Shown one piece after another: positions 37,353 to 47,857 of a stretch of 64,000 nt of DNA. Numbering within the stretch: the stretch's first letter is position 1; each line of letters opens with the position of its first letter. A model generated the notes under the pieces. The model did not search any database, was not told the origin of the DNA, and saw nothing but the letters and a program-made list of their open reading frames with translations. Position numbers and translations under genes: made by a program. Source of the DNA: Nannocystales bacterium (GTDB lineage Bacteria > Myxococcota_A > Polyangia > Nannocystales > Nannocystaceae); contig JBOEGF010000002.1 of NCBI GenBank assembly GCA_050633305.1, forward strand, positions 32,001 through 96,000, read 5' to 3'.

Positions 37353-40343
37353 GTGGTGGATCTGGTCTACGCGCGTCCGCGTTTCACCTTGGCTGTAGCC
37401 CTGCTGCTATCGCTCGCCGGTCTTGCGGCGTGGTTTGTGATGCCTCGCGAGGAGGACCCCGAGCTCAGCCCGCGGTTCGGCCTGGTCGTGACCGTCTACC
37501 CGGGGGCGGACACTGAGACCGTGGAGCGGCTGGTCGCGGAGCCGCTCGAAGAGAAGCTGTCGGAGGTCGACTCGGTCACGACGATCAAGTCGACGATTCG
37601 ATCGGGCACGGTCGTCACGAGCGTGGAGCTCCGCGATGACGTGACCGCCTTCGTCGAGGCGTGGTCCGACGTGCAGGATGCCCTCGACGACGCGGAGGTC
37701 GAGTTCCCACCGGAGGTACTCGCGCCGACTCTGGACCGGCACCTCAACGAGACCGAGGGGGTCGTCTACGCGATCGCTGGCGATTCGCAGTCGATCCCCG
37801 ACATCGCCGAGGCGCTTCGCGAGCGCTTCCTCGGCGAGTCGAACGTCGCGCGAGTGCACATCACCGGCGACCCCGGCGAGCAGGTAACCGTCGACTGGAC
37901 GGCGTCCCACCGCGAGACCTATGGGCTGTCGGTTCAGCAGCTCGCGGGCACCCTGCAGCGGCGCAACGTCACGATGCCCGCCGGCTCGATCGAGGTCGGC
38001 GCCCGAGCGCTCGACGTTCGCCCGCACGCGGATTTTCGCAGCGTGGCGGAGCTCTCCAACACGCCCATCGTTCTGCCCGACGGCACCGGTGTTCAGCTCG
38101 GCGACATCACGAACGTCCGTACGATGCCGCTCGACCCGGCGACCGAACGGGCGCGGTTCGAAGGAGAGCCCACCGTGCTGGTCGGTATCGTTCCCCGTTC
38201 GGGGATCGACGTCGTCAACTTCGGCAAGCGCGCCCGGGAGATTGCGGCGCAGTTCGAGCAAGACCACCCCGGCGTCGTCCTCCACGAGATCTCGTTTCAA
38301 CCCGACAACGTCGAGGCGCGTCTGAGTGGACTCTCCCGCTCACTGCTCGTGGGCATTGGAGTTGTCGCGCTCGTGCTCGTTGTCTCGATGGGCTTTCGCC
38401 TGGGCATGGTCGTTGCGCTCGCCGTTCCCCTAGTCACCTTCGCCGCGGTCGCCCTCTACGCTGCGGGCGGAGGGATTCTTCACCAGATCGCCATCGCGGC
38501 CTTGGTCATCGCGCTCGGCCTGTTGGTCGACAACGCCATCGTCGTTGCCGAGGCGGTGCAGCGACGCTTGGACGAAGGCGTGCCGCCCAAGGACGCGGTT
38601 CGGGCCTCGGTGCGAGAACTGGCGATCCCCTTGGCGAGCGCCACGGTCACGACGTTTGCCTCGTTCGTGCCCATGCTGTTGTCCGAGGGCTCGAGCGCCG
38701 ACTTCACGCGGGCGATCCCGCTGGTCGTCATCATCACGCTCGGCGCCAGCTACTTCTACGCGCTCGTCGTCACACCTCTTCTCGCGGGGCGGTTCTTGGC
38801 CCCGCGCAAGCGCTCTGGTCCGACCTGGCTCCCCCGCATCGCGGGGGGCATCGGTCGCTTCGCCGGGCGGCGCCCTCTCATCACCCTCGCGCTGGCTAGT
38901 GTGGTGCTGATCCCCGAGGTCATCGCGGCATCGAACGTGAAGTTCAGCTTCTTCCCCAGTTCGGACCGCAACCAGATGGTCGTGCAGGTGCAGATGCCCG
39001 AGGGCACACGGCTCGGCGAGACCGATGCCGTCGCGGCTCAGCTAGAAGCCACCTTGCTTCGAGGCGCCAGCGTCACGTCCGTCACGTCCGTCACCGGGCG
39101 TGGCGTTCCGCAGTTCTACTACAACCTCAATCGCAGCCCGAGTAGCCCGCATGTCGCCGAGCTGATCGTGACCGCCGACGCCGCGTCATCGCTCGAGCGC
39201 ATCTCCTCGAAGGTGCGAGACCTCGGCCGCACCGAGTTCCCCGACGCGATCATCTTGCCCCGCCGTCTGGAGCAGGGGCCACCCGTGCCGGCGCCGGTCG
39301 AGGTCCGACTCACCGGCAGCGACTTGGGACAGCTTCACGCCGCAGCAGAGAGAGTCCGCGCGGTGCTCCGCGACACTGAAGGCGCACGCGACGTGCGGAC
39401 CGACGGCGGCCTCGGAGTCCCCGTCCTCGACCTGGCGATTGACGATGCGCACGCCGGCCGAATGGGTCTCGACCGTAGCGGCGTCTCGTTGGCGATTCTG
39501 GGACAGACGCGAGGCGTCCCCGCGGGGACGTATCGCGGCGACGACAACCCGGTGCCCGTGGTGGTCCGCGCCGCTGACGGCCCACGCACAACGTGGTCCG
39601 ACCTGACCTCGCACCCGGTGGGTGGCGTTCCCCTGTTGGAGATCACGCAGGGCAGCGTCGACATGAAGCCGGCGGTCATCCGCCATCGCAATCGTGCACG
39701 CGTCCTGTCCGTCCTGTCGGGCGTCGAACCCGACACCACGTACGACAGCGTGATCTCGGCCGCGAAACCGCGCCTGGAGGCATTGGACATGCCAGGCGTG
39801 ACGTGGACCTTCGGAGGTTCGGTGGAGACGTCGGGAGACGCCAACGCAGCGCTCGCGGGCAAGGCCGCATTCGGAGCCTTCCTACTGATCGCGGCTCTGC
39901 TAGTAGAGTTCAACTCCTTCCGTCGGGTCGCCATCGTGTTGGCCATGGGCCCGCTCGCGGCAATGGGAATCTGGCCCGGCCTCGCACTAGCGGGGCTCCC
40001 GTTCGGCTTTGTCGCGCTGCTCGGCGCGATCGCACTCATCGGCATCGTCGTCAATGCGGCCATCGTATTGATCGACCTTGCCGACCGCCGCCGGAGTGAA
40101 GGGGTTCCCGTGGTCGACGCAGTTCGCGAAGCGGTTCAGGTCCGTGCGCGACCCATCCTCCTGACCACGCTCACGACCGTGGCCGGGCTCATGCCGCTGG
40201 GCTTTTCGGAGTCCACGCTCTGGCCTCCGCTGGCCTGGGCGATGATCTCCGGTTTGCTCATCGCGACGGTGCTCTCGTTGTTCGTCGTGCCCGCGCTGTA
40301 TCGCCTACTCGTTAGCGACCTCGCTCCCAAGGAGACCGTCTGA
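37353..40343 (+). CDS. RND efflux permease
   Basis: PREEDPE, GLLVDNAIVV, GIVVNAAIVL, RARPILLTTLTT. Confidence 0.95.
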   Translation: MVDLVYARPRFTLAVALLLSLAGLAAWFVMPREEDPELSPRFGLVVTVYPGADTETVERLVAEPLEEKLSEVDSVTTIKSTIRSGTVVTSVELRDDVTAFVEAWSDVQDALDDAEVEFPPEVLAPTLDRHLNETEGVVYAIAGDSQSIPDIAEALRERFLGESNVARVHITGDPGEQVTVDWTASHRETYGLSVQQLAGTLQRRNVTMPAGSIEVGARALDVRPHADFRSVAELSNTPIVLPDGTGVQLGDITNVRTMPLDPATERARFEGEPTVLVGIVPRSGIDVVNFGKRAREIAAQFEQDHPGVVLHEISFQPDNVEARLSGLSRSLLVGIGVVALVLVVSMGFRLGMVVALAVPLVTFAAVALYAAGGGILHQIAIAALVIALGLLVDNAIVVAEAVQRRLDEGVPPKDAVRASVRELAIPLASATVTTFASFVPMLLSEGSSADFTRAIPLVVIITLGASYFYALVVTPLLAGRFLAPRKRSGPTWLPRIAGGIGRFAGRRPLITLALASVVLIPEVIAASNVKFSFFPSSDRNQMVVQVQMPEGTRLGETDAVAAQLEATLLRGASVTSVTSVTGRGVPQFYYNLNRSPSSPHVAELIVTADAASSLERISSKVRDLGRTEFPDAIILPRRLEQGPPVPAPVEVRLTGSDLGQLHAAAERVRAVLRDTEGARDVRTDGGLGVPVLDLAIDDAHAGRMGLDRSGVSLAILGQTRGVPAGTYRGDDNPVPVVVRAADGPRTTWSDLTSHPVGGVPLLEITQGSVDMKPAVIRHRNRARVLSVLSGVEPDTTYDSVISAAKPRLEALDMPGVTWTFGGSVETSGDANAALAGKAAFGAFLLIAALLVEFNSFRRVAIVLAMGPLAAMGIWPGLALAGLPFGFVALLGAIALIGIVVNAAIVLIDLADRRRSEGVPVVDAVREAVQVRARPILLTTLTTVAGLMPLGFSESTLWPPLAWAMISGLLIATVLSLFVVPALYRLLVSDLAPKETV

Positions 40344-41740
40344 TGCTCACCACGCTTCCCCTCCTGTTCCTGTTCGCCGCAGAGCCCGTGAGCGCTGACG
40401 CGTTCGCCGACCGCGTCGTCGCGAAAGCGCCTGAGATCGACGCCGCACGAGCGCGGGCAGACGAAGCCAAGCGTGCCGCCGACTCCGTTCGTGCGGCGTT
40501 CGTACCCACGCTCGACGTCACCGTTCGCGCGACTCGGATCTTCCAGCCGGACAACGGTGCGCTGGTGTCCGGCCTACCTCCGGCCGGGACGTTCGACGAC
40601 GGCGTGGCGGCGATCACCGACCCTGCTGCCCAAGCGGTCGTGGGCGGTATCGTCGACCAACTCGAAGGACTTGGTGGAGCGAGCCTTCCGGTCGTCCGCA
40701 ATCAGGCGGTGCTCTCGCTGCGGCTGACCATTCCGATCAGCGACGTCTTTACGACCATTGCGGCGGCGCATCGCGAGGCGAGGGCCGGCGCGAAGGCGCA
40801 GCAAGCGGTCGAGCGATCGACCGAGGCGGAGATCCGACTCAGAGCGCTCGAGGCCTACTACGGGTTCGTGCGGGCGAACGCGCTCGCCGACGTCGCGGCC
40901 GCGAGCGTCGACCGGGTCTCGTCGCAGGTCGAGCTCGTCGGGTCCGCGCGTCGGCTGGGTTCGGCCACGGACGCGGAGGTGCTTGCGATGCGGGCCAGGC
41001 TCGCCGAGGCTGAGATCGACCGGCTGGGCGCCAGCGCCGGGGTGGACACCGCCGCGGAGACGCTACGGGTGCTGGGTGAGTTCTCCGAAGACGCAGAGAT
41101 CGCCACCCGCGATGTGCCGGAGCTCGTGCCGTTGCGGGCGTCCCTGTCCGAGTTCAAGGGACGCGCGCGGACCAAACGACACGAACTATCGGCGGTCCGC
41201 GCCCAGACGCAGGCACGTGCCCACGCCCTCTCGCGAGCCAAGTGGGAGCGAGCGCCAAAGGTCGCTCTCATCGGCAACCTGGATACCGCACGGCCCAACC
41301 CGCTCATCGTGCCGCTGGACGATGGGTTCGCGTCCACAGGCGATGCGAGCGTGGTCGTGACGTGGTCGCCCAACGTGCTCCTGTCGGGCGCGCGCACCGT
41401 GAAGTCGCTGCGTTCATCGGTGCGAGCGTCGAACGCGGACCGGGCGGCCCTCGAACGCGCCGTCGACCTCGAAGTCTCACAAGCGTTCCACGCGTATCGC
41501 AGCGCGCACGAGATTTCCCAGCAAGCCGACGCTTTCGTCAGCGCGGCGGAGGCCCGCTATGCGGCGGAGTCGGCGAGGGTCAAAGGCGGGACGGCCACGG
41601 TCGACACCCTGCTCGACGCCGACACGGACGTGACGCGAGCGCAGGCCGCCCGCGTCGATGCTCGTGCGGCGGTGCATCTCGCGAGGGCCCGTCTCGAGCG
41701 CGCGGTCGGTGAGCTTCGAGCGGAGGACTTTCAGCGATGA
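40343..41740 (+). CDS. TolC family outer membrane protein
   Basis: Signal peptide, duplicated OEP-like helical/beta pattern; TGATG coupling to permease. Confidence 0.85.
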   Translation: MLTTLPLLFLFAAEPVSADAFADRVVAKAPEIDAARARADEAKRAADSVRAAFVPTLDVTVRATRIFQPDNGALVSGLPPAGTFDDGVAAITDPAAQAVVGGIVDQLEGLGGASLPVVRNQAVLSLRLTIPISDVFTTIAAAHREARAGAKAQQAVERSTEAEIRLRALEAYYGFVRANALADVAAASVDRVSSQVELVGSARRLGSATDAEVLAMRARLAEAEIDRLGASAGVDTAAETLRVLGEFSEDAEIATRDVPELVPLRASLSEFKGRARTKRHELSAVRAQTQARAHALSRAKWERAPKVALIGNLDTARPNPLIVPLDDGFASTGDASVVVTWSPNVLLSGARTVKSLRSSVRASNADRAALERAVDLEVSQAFHAYRSAHEISQQADAFVSAAEARYAAESARVKGGTATVDTLLDADTDVTRAQAARVDARAAVHLARARLERAVGELRAEDFQR

Positions 41741-42339
41741 CCGACGCCGGGTTGATGCTGGAGTACGCCGACGGCAACCCGCAGGCCTTTCGACGACTGG
41801 TACCCGACCTCGAGCCTCGCATCCGTCGCTTCGTCCGTCGGCGAGTGCGTGACCCCGACCTCGTGAACGACCTCGTTCAGCAAACCTTCGTTCGCATTCA
41901 CGCCTCTCGTGCGCGCTATGACGGGCGCCCGCCGGAGGCGTGGTGTCTCACCATCGCGCGGTGCGTCGTCCTCGACCACTTCCGGTGCGAGCATCGCCGC
42001 TGCGGCCGACTCACGACGCTGACGCTGCGCCACGACACGGCCGGCTTCGGGCGCCCGCCGCCGCCTCCGTCTCCGGAGCAACGCTTCGCCGAGGCTGAAC
42101 GCACGGCGGAGGTGGTGCGCCGGGTGGGCGCTGCGCTCGCGTCGCTGTCGCCCGACGCGCGAGAGGTTGTCCGACGCCACAAGCTTCAGGGCCAGTCGAT
42201 GCAGCGCATCGCCGACGACCTCGGCGTCGACGCAGGCACGCTTCGGGTGCGAGCGCATCGGGCCTACCGCCGACTCGCACGCCTACTGGCCGCGTTGCCC
42301 GCGAACGAGGTCGAACCTACGGAGGTTCTTTGTCGATGA
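41737..42339 (+). CDS. ECF sigma-70 factor
   Basis: DLVQQTFVRIH, WCLTIAR, IADDLGV..GTLRVRAHRA; ATGA overlap with tolC-like gene. Confidence 0.88.
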   Translation: MTDAGLMLEYADGNPQAFRRLVPDLEPRIRRFVRRRVRDPDLVNDLVQQTFVRIHASRARYDGRPPEAWCLTIARCVVLDHFRCEHRRCGRLTTLTLRHDTAGFGRPPPPPSPEQRFAEAERTAEVVRRVGAALASLSPDAREVVRRHKLQGQSMQRIADDLGVDAGTLRVRAHRAYRRLARLLAALPANEVEPTEVLCR

Positions 42340-42600
42340 GGCCGTACTCCGACGGGTGGATCGCAGACCCGAAAACGACGCCGAGCTCCGCGTCGACGTT
42401 GTAGTCGGGCAGGGTACGCCAGCCATCGGACGACTCGGTCACCAGCGCGACGTCTTCGACCCGACCGCGGTCGACTTCGTGGGCGACTTCGACAGCAGCT
42501 GGAACGTGACGCCCAGCGGTCGCCCTGCATAGCACGCCCCGACGGCCTCCCCGAGGTCGCACTCGACCTCCTCGACCAACAGCTCGACTTCGGTGCTCAA
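42317..42600 (-). pseudogene. Frameshifted C-terminal gene remnant cut off at IS91-like end
   Basis: Protein-like text in two frames (EVELLVEEVECDLGEAV / VDRGRVEDVALVTESSDGWRTLPDY); abuts the repeat. Confidence 0.45.
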
Positions 42601-42609
42601 CGCACCGCT

Positions 42610-42880
42610 AAGCGAAACGAAGTGCAAAAAAGCCGATGCGGAGGAGTACGGCGTCCCGCCGCCCAGGGCCGTGATCGCGCAGGAGCCGAGCGACCGGCTG
42701 AGGCCGGGGCGGAGCGACGGCCTGGGGCGAGAAGTGGGCCCGAAGCGACCGCCGAGCCCCGAGCGCCCAAGATGCAGGTTCGCCGACACGAGCCCCGGAA
42801 GAACACTCAGAGCGTCGGCCGAGAACGGCTAGAGTTGTCCACACACCCGCCCACGCGGCGGTGGCCCAGCGCCGTGAAGT
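42610..42880 (-). mobile_element. IS91-like element 3' end, copy 1
   Basis: About 270 bp clearly homologous, same orientation, to 55215-55516 (e.g. GCCGATGCGGAGGAGTACGGCGTCCCG, CACACCCGCCCACGCGGCGGTGGCC). Confidence 0.75.
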
Positions 42881-43025
42881 GTCCTGCCGCGTGGTGACAG
42901 CTACAGTCACCCGCATCGGCCCACGACGGCGGGCTCAGCCTGATTGTCGCCGCTCAGATGAGACACCCGCCGGGACCCGGGGTGAAGGATGGACCGAGAT
43001 GTCGTCGTTCGTTGCCGAACCTCTG

Positions 43026-44123
43026 ATGGCGTCCGATACTCACACCATGACGACCATCGTCGTATCCGAAGTCTCCCGCGGCGAGGCGTACGAGAGCCTG
43101 AACATCGATGCGAGCATCGCCAGCTTGGTCAAGAAGAAGCTCGAGGCCGCGGTCTGCGATGCGCGACGGTTGGTGTCCTGCGACACGCAGCACGCTTTCG
43201 TCAAGGCGGCGCACGATTCTTTCTACGACCACCATCCACTGGTCATTCGCCCCGACGACGTTTGGTTTTGCATCGCCCAGGGCTTCGCAGCACACGTCAA
43301 CCAGAACGTAGAGATGCTGCGGGAGCGATTCGTCGCGCACGACGGGAAGAAGAAGCTCATCGTCGACCGGCCCGACTTCCTCCTGGGCCAATCGAATCCG
43401 TGGCCGGAGGTGTTCCAAGCGTTCGGTGACCAGATCGGCGCTCACGTCGGCAAGCTTCAGAAACTCGTGAGCGCTCGCTTCTCGACCACGACCCCGATCG
43501 AAGCGGCGGCCTTCGACGTGTGCGTCATGGACGTTTTTCAGGGCTACTTCGACTACGAGATTCTGGCCGGATGTGGCATCCCGGAGATCACGGTGCTGGG
43601 GACTCCCGAGGACTGGGCATCGATGATTCCCCGCGTGCGACACCTGTCCGAATACGGGCTCGAGGAGTGGGCTGCGGCGCTTGTGCCGGTGCTCGAGAAG
43701 ATCCAGAAAACGGCCGCGGGCGAGCGCGACACGGGCTTCTGGAGGTCGTTCTTTCGCTACGAGAGTGGTTCGGGGCCGGCCGAACTCACAGGCTGGATCC
43801 TGACCCTGTTCCCGTACCTCATCTCCGAGATCGAGACAAAGCGGCTCGCGCCCAATCCGTATCTGTCGACGTGGGCGCAGGGTTGGCGACACGCGGACAC
43901 TCGTGAGGAGTCCTTGGGTCTAAACTCCCTCGACCAGGCCCAGGGACCAGGCATGTGGAACATTCCCGGGAGCCTGGCAAGTGCCCCCGTCAGGCTCGAA
44001 GACAGGATGACGGAGGCCGAACACACGCTTCGACTCGTCGCGGGCATGTTCGGCGTGGAGCAGGACGTGGAGACGCTCGCACTTTCCCCAGCGTTCGGCT
44101 GGGCGGTGGTCTACGACGAGTGA
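43026..44123 (+). CDS. DUF4419 family protein
   Basis: HHPLVIRPDDVW..IAQGFAAHVN, FSTTT, CGIPEITVLGTPEDW, GW. Confidence 0.88.
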   Translation: MASDTHTMTTIVVSEVSRGEAYESLNIDASIASLVKKKLEAAVCDARRLVSCDTQHAFVKAAHDSFYDHHPLVIRPDDVWFCIAQGFAAHVNQNVEMLRERFVAHDGKKKLIVDRPDFLLGQSNPWPEVFQAFGDQIGAHVGKLQKLVSARFSTTTPIEAAAFDVCVMDVFQGYFDYEILAGCGIPEITVLGTPEDWASMIPRVRHLSEYGLEEWAAALVPVLEKIQKTAAGERDTGFWRSFFRYESGSGPAELTGWILTLFPYLISEIETKRLAPNPYLSTWAQGWRHADTREESLGLNSLDQAQGPGMWNIPGSLASAPVRLEDRMTEAEHTLRLVAGMFGVEQDVETLALSPAFGWAVVYDE

Positions 44124-44136
44124 GCCGGCCGCAGAT

Positions 44137-44290
44137 CTATCCGAGCGTCCCCCGAACCGACTCTTGGAGCACACGAGACGCGTCCGCGCCGAGTAGGCCT
44201 CCGTGCCCGCCGATCAGCTTGTCGAACGGCAAGCTGGTCAGGCTGTTGAAGTCGTTGCGCAACGAGCCGCCTGACGAGCCCACGGGTGAC
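44137..44290 (-). pseudogene. C-terminal remnant of an unrelated gene (possibly MBL-fold)
   Basis: GGSLRNDFNSLTSLPFDKLIGGHG...* with no start of its own. Confidence 0.5.
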
Positions 44291-44394
44291 CTTCGTGGGC
44301 GCCTGAGGGGCTCTAGAGCCCCGTCGTGAGTGCGGAGAGATGTGCTCGTGGCATCTCCAGCGCCGCGGCGCGGACCTCTGGTAGGTTGCGGTCC

Positions 44395-45750
44395 ATGCTG
44401 CTTCGGGCCACGCTGCCTCTCGCCGTCCTGTTCCTCATCGCCCCAGCCTGCGATTCGAAGGACTCCACTGCCTCGAAAAAGGATCCAAAAGCCGGGGCAA
44501 AGGACGCCAAGGACAAGACGAAGGACGCCAAGGACGCCAAGGACGCCAAGGACGCCAAAGCCGACCCGTCCAAGAAGGACGAGAAGGAAAGCGCCGCCAA
44601 GGCTGCCACCAAGCTTCCCGCGATCGAGGCGGCCAAGCTCGAGAAGTACCGGAAGAACGCCGAGGCGTTGGAGAAGGAGCTCGCCTCCGCGCGCAAGGCC
44701 GCCAAGGACGAGGACTGGGCAGCGGCGGTCACGGCCTATGACAAGGCGATCAAGCTCGACGACGACAACGTGCACGTCCTGAGCGAGCTCGGATGGGCAC
44801 ACTTCAAGGCCGGCGACAACGACAAGGCCGAGCACAACATCCGCCTGGCGCTCCGCCACGTCCGCAAGACCGAGGAGCGCGTCGGCCTCCTGGACAAACT
44901 CGGCAGCATCGACGAGGCGCGCGGCGACTTCGCTGGCGCCAAGGAGCACTTCGACCATGCCGTCGGCCTCACGGGCGGTGACGAGGCCCGCAAGCACCAG
45001 GAGGCGGTCGCCGACAAGGCCGCCGCGGCATGTGCAGACGGCAAGTGCACCAAGCCCGACTTCGAGACGCTCGACGACGCGTGCAAGGCCATGATCGCCC
45101 GCGTGCACGAGCAGCTCGGCTTGACCGCCGAGACCGCGGCCAACGAGTTTTCGTGCGACCCGGCCAAAGCCCAGAAGGTCGCGCTCGAGGGCGGGGACGC
45201 CACGGAAGCCGCGATCCTGGAAGTGTCGGGCAAGCACGGCGATGTCACCGAGGACGAGTTCGACCTGCTCGCGCACATCGACGGAGGCTGGCATTGGATC
45301 GGCACCGTGCTCGACGTCGAGAATCCGAACCACGGCGGCATCGCCCGCACCGGTTCGATCAAGAGCTTCGAGGCCAAGGAGCTGGTGCCGGACTCTCCGG
45401 GCAGCGAGGTCTTGGTGCACCTCGAGTTCGCCGAGACCGACGTCGACTTCGACGACAACCTCCTCTACCACGACGAGCAGGAGGCCTATCTCGTGTGCGG
45501 GATGAACCAGGGCAGGCACATCTGCCACGAGATCCCGCTGCACTACTACTTCGAGTCCGACACCCTGCGCGAAGACGAAGAGACCAAGCACAAGCCCGAG
45601 GTCCACGAGTTCACCGTTGAGGCTGCATTCGACGGCAAGGGCAAGGTCACCTTCACCGGCGACGGCGAGGTGCCCAAGGGCCTGACCGGGACCAAGCCGA
45701 TCACCGAGCTCGCCGAGCCCGAAGGCTTCGTCTTCCTGCACGCGGACTGA
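44395..45750 (+). CDS. TPR-containing lipoprotein with KDA-repeat stalk
   Basis: IAPAC lipobox; AAGGACGCC repeats 44500-44556; TPR helices. Confidence 0.88.
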   Translation: MLLRATLPLAVLFLIAPACDSKDSTASKKDPKAGAKDAKDKTKDAKDAKDAKDAKADPSKKDEKESAAKAATKLPAIEAAKLEKYRKNAEALEKELASARKAAKDEDWAAAVTAYDKAIKLDDDNVHVLSELGWAHFKAGDNDKAEHNIRLALRHVRKTEERVGLLDKLGSIDEARGDFAGAKEHFDHAVGLTGGDEARKHQEAVADKAAAACADGKCTKPDFETLDDACKAMIARVHEQLGLTAETAANEFSCDPAKAQKVALEGGDATEAAILEVSGKHGDVTEDEFDLLAHIDGGWHWIGTVLDVENPNHGGIARTGSIKSFEAKELVPDSPGSEVLVHLEFAETDVDFDDNLLYHDEQEAYLVCGMNQGRHICHEIPLHYYFESDTLREDEETKHKPEVHEFTVEAAFDGKGKVTFTGDGEVPKGLTGTKPITELAEPEGFVFLHAD

Positions 45751-45754
45751 GCGG

Positions 45755-45930
45755 CTGCTCGATGTAGTTGGCGATCGCGGTCCCGGCCTGCGCTTTGGTG
45801 GCCCAGGCGTTTCGATGGATGAGCTCTTGCTTGAGCTTGTCCCCGAAGCTCTCGGACGAAGTTCTGGGTCGCTGTGACTCCCAGAGCCGGCCGATCGCTG
45901 GCCCGGAGATCAAGCCCGCGGGGGGAATCT
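45755..45930 (-). mobile_element. IS3-family transposase C-terminal remnant
   Basis: ESFGDKLKQELIHRNAWATKAQAGTAIANYIE; degraded PAGLI..SDR upstream. Confidence 0.75.
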
Positions 45931-46136
45931 GGAGCCCGACGTCGTGGAGACGAAACGCTCACGCGTTCGCGAGCCTCCCCCCCTCACCGTCGACTTCGTC
46001 GACCTCTAGCCGCGGGCGTTCTCGACCTCCGAATCCTGCCTCTCCCACGGAGCTTGTCGCACGAGTGACTCTCCACGGCACCTCAGTAGGAGAGGTTGGG
46101 ACGCGCCGCCCCCGGGAGTCCAAGCGACGCTGTGAA

Positions 46137-47351
46137 TCAGCCGGCGGGGTCGCACACGTGGGTGGTGTCGAGCTGCTGGACTTCGTGGAAGCTGACGCAC
46201 GCGTCGTTGCACAGCTCGATACTCGAGTGGTCGTCGGCGGCGTAGCGCCAGCCGTTCCCTTCACTGCAGCTGTCCAAGAGCGGCATGAGTTCGCCGTCGA
46301 TTTCCACTTCGAGGGCGTCGGGGTCGGACGGGGCGTCTTCGAGTTCGACCGTGCACTCTACGCGACGGGCGATCTCGTCGAGCGCGGCGGCAAGGGTCTC
46401 TTGGTCGGCGACGTTGTAGAACCGCTCGTCGCCGTCGCGGGCGACACCGCCAGCATCGGCGACCGCGTTGAGGTCGTCCTTGAGGTTGCGCCCCTCGACC
46501 GGGTGCTCGGCCGTGATGTCGATACCAACGACGTAGGTGGGGACGCCGTTGTCGGCGTAGGCGGAGCGCACCGTCTGCTCGAGTTCGGTGTCGTAGACGC
46601 TACCGATGCCACGGCTGGAGTCGTAGACGCAGTTGGCTGCACCGTCGGTGACCAGGACCATCGCGCGAGGACCGGTGACCTCCACGGTCTCCAAGTGGTT
46701 CAGGCCGTTGAGAATGGCTTCGCGGGTCGGCGTCGCGCCTTCGAACTCGGCGTCGCGCCCGGGCATCGCCGCGAGGATGGTGTCGCGCGTGCCTTCGGCA
46801 ACAGCCACTTCGGCGTGGTCGGCCATGCGACAGGCGCTGTTGAACACCGTGTCGTAGTCGTTGCTTTCGGGAACCTCGGAGTCCAGCGCGGGGAACAGAA
46901 CAGCACCAAAGTTCACCGTGTCCCCGTACGTCTCGAGCATGTTCGAGGTGACGTCGTGCAGACTGGTCCAGCGGTTGACGGTCTCGGTGTCGGCATCGGC
47001 GTCGTGGTCCCACGCGTTGCCCGTCATGCTGCCGGACTTGTCGAGCAGCAGCATGACGTTGGGGCGGGCAGAGGAGAGAAGGATCCGTTCGCCACCGCAC
47101 GTCGGGACAACGCCGTCAGAGTCGTAGCCGTCGCTGTCAGGAAAGCTGTCGTTACCGGAGTCGGAGCCGGAGTCTGAGTCGGCCGAATCGCCCTCGCTCT
47201 CGCCATCAGCGCTGTCGGAGTCTTCGGCCCCGTCGGTGTCTCCGAGGTCGATGCCTTCGCTGTCCATGCCATCCGAGTCCTGCGCCGTGCCGTTGCAGCC
47301 GACCGCGAAGACAGAGGCGAGGAGGACGAGAGCGGAAACCTTCGAGTTCAT
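46137..47351 (-). CDS. vWA-domain lipoprotein
   Basis: FAVGC lipobox, D/S stalk, MIDAS DKSGS, TPT, LVTDG. Confidence 0.9.
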   Translation of the reverse strand: MNSKVSALVLLASVFAVGCNGTAQDSDGMDSEGIDLGDTDGAEDSDSADGESEGDSADSDSGSDSGNDSFPDSDGYDSDGVVPTCGGERILLSSARPNVMLLLDKSGSMTGNAWDHDADADTETVNRWTSLHDVTSNMLETYGDTVNFGAVLFPALDSEVPESNDYDTVFNSACRMADHAEVAVAEGTRDTILAAMPGRDAEFEGATPTREAILNGLNHLETVEVTGPRAMVLVTDGAANCVYDSSRGIGSVYDTELEQTVRSAYADNGVPTYVVGIDITAEHPVEGRNLKDDLNAVADAGGVARDGDERFYNVADQETLAAALDEIARRVECTVELEDAPSDPDALEVEIDGELMPLLDSCSEGNGWRYAADDHSSIELCNDACVSFHEVQQLDTTHVCDPAG

Positions 47352-47364
47352 GCCTCTCGTACTG

Positions 47365-47381
47365 AGCAATGCCCGGGCCAA
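47365..47381 (-). promoter_or_regulatory. Putative sigma-54 promoter of the vWA lipoprotein gene
   Basis: TTGGCCCGGGCATTGCT: GG-N10-GC with TTGC at -12. Confidence 0.55.
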
Positions 47382-47857
47382 CCACGCGATCGTGGGAATC
47401 ATTCGGTTTTCTTGGCGCACATCCTGGGGAGAGGTGCGTGCGACCGGATTGTCGGGCTTCCTTGCCGGGTGGCGACAGTGGTGGGCGTCGCCGTGTTCGA
47501 GTGTCACCGCTGTGCCGGCGAGAGGCCGGCTGGTGCTGTCGCCAGTACGGGCGGCCGGTCCCGGCGAGATTTCACAACCCGGGCGCTGCGAGCATCCGCG
47601 CTCGTGGCGTGTTGGAGGGCCGGACCGGACAAAAGATCTCGGTATGGTCGAAGAAAGAACCTTCGTTCCGGGCACTCCAGCGTCAGCGGCCCTGTTTGGG
47701 AATGGCGCACCGACACGAGACCACGCGATTCGGCGTCAGCAACCACATCCCCCGCGGGCGGCACGTGTCGATGCACGACGACCTTCTGGTCGGCATCTCA
47801 CGTCGCCGTGCCAGCGAGGTGCCGAAGATCTAGGGGCCATGCATCGAACGCCCCGGG

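Noticed and set aside
44137..47177. Long antisense ORFs (44137..45741 -, 45768..47177 +), and similar ones such as 19878..21422 and 10660..12129
   Set aside because: Shadow frames of GC3-rich real genes; only the last ~50 codons of 44137..45741 look like a true remnant
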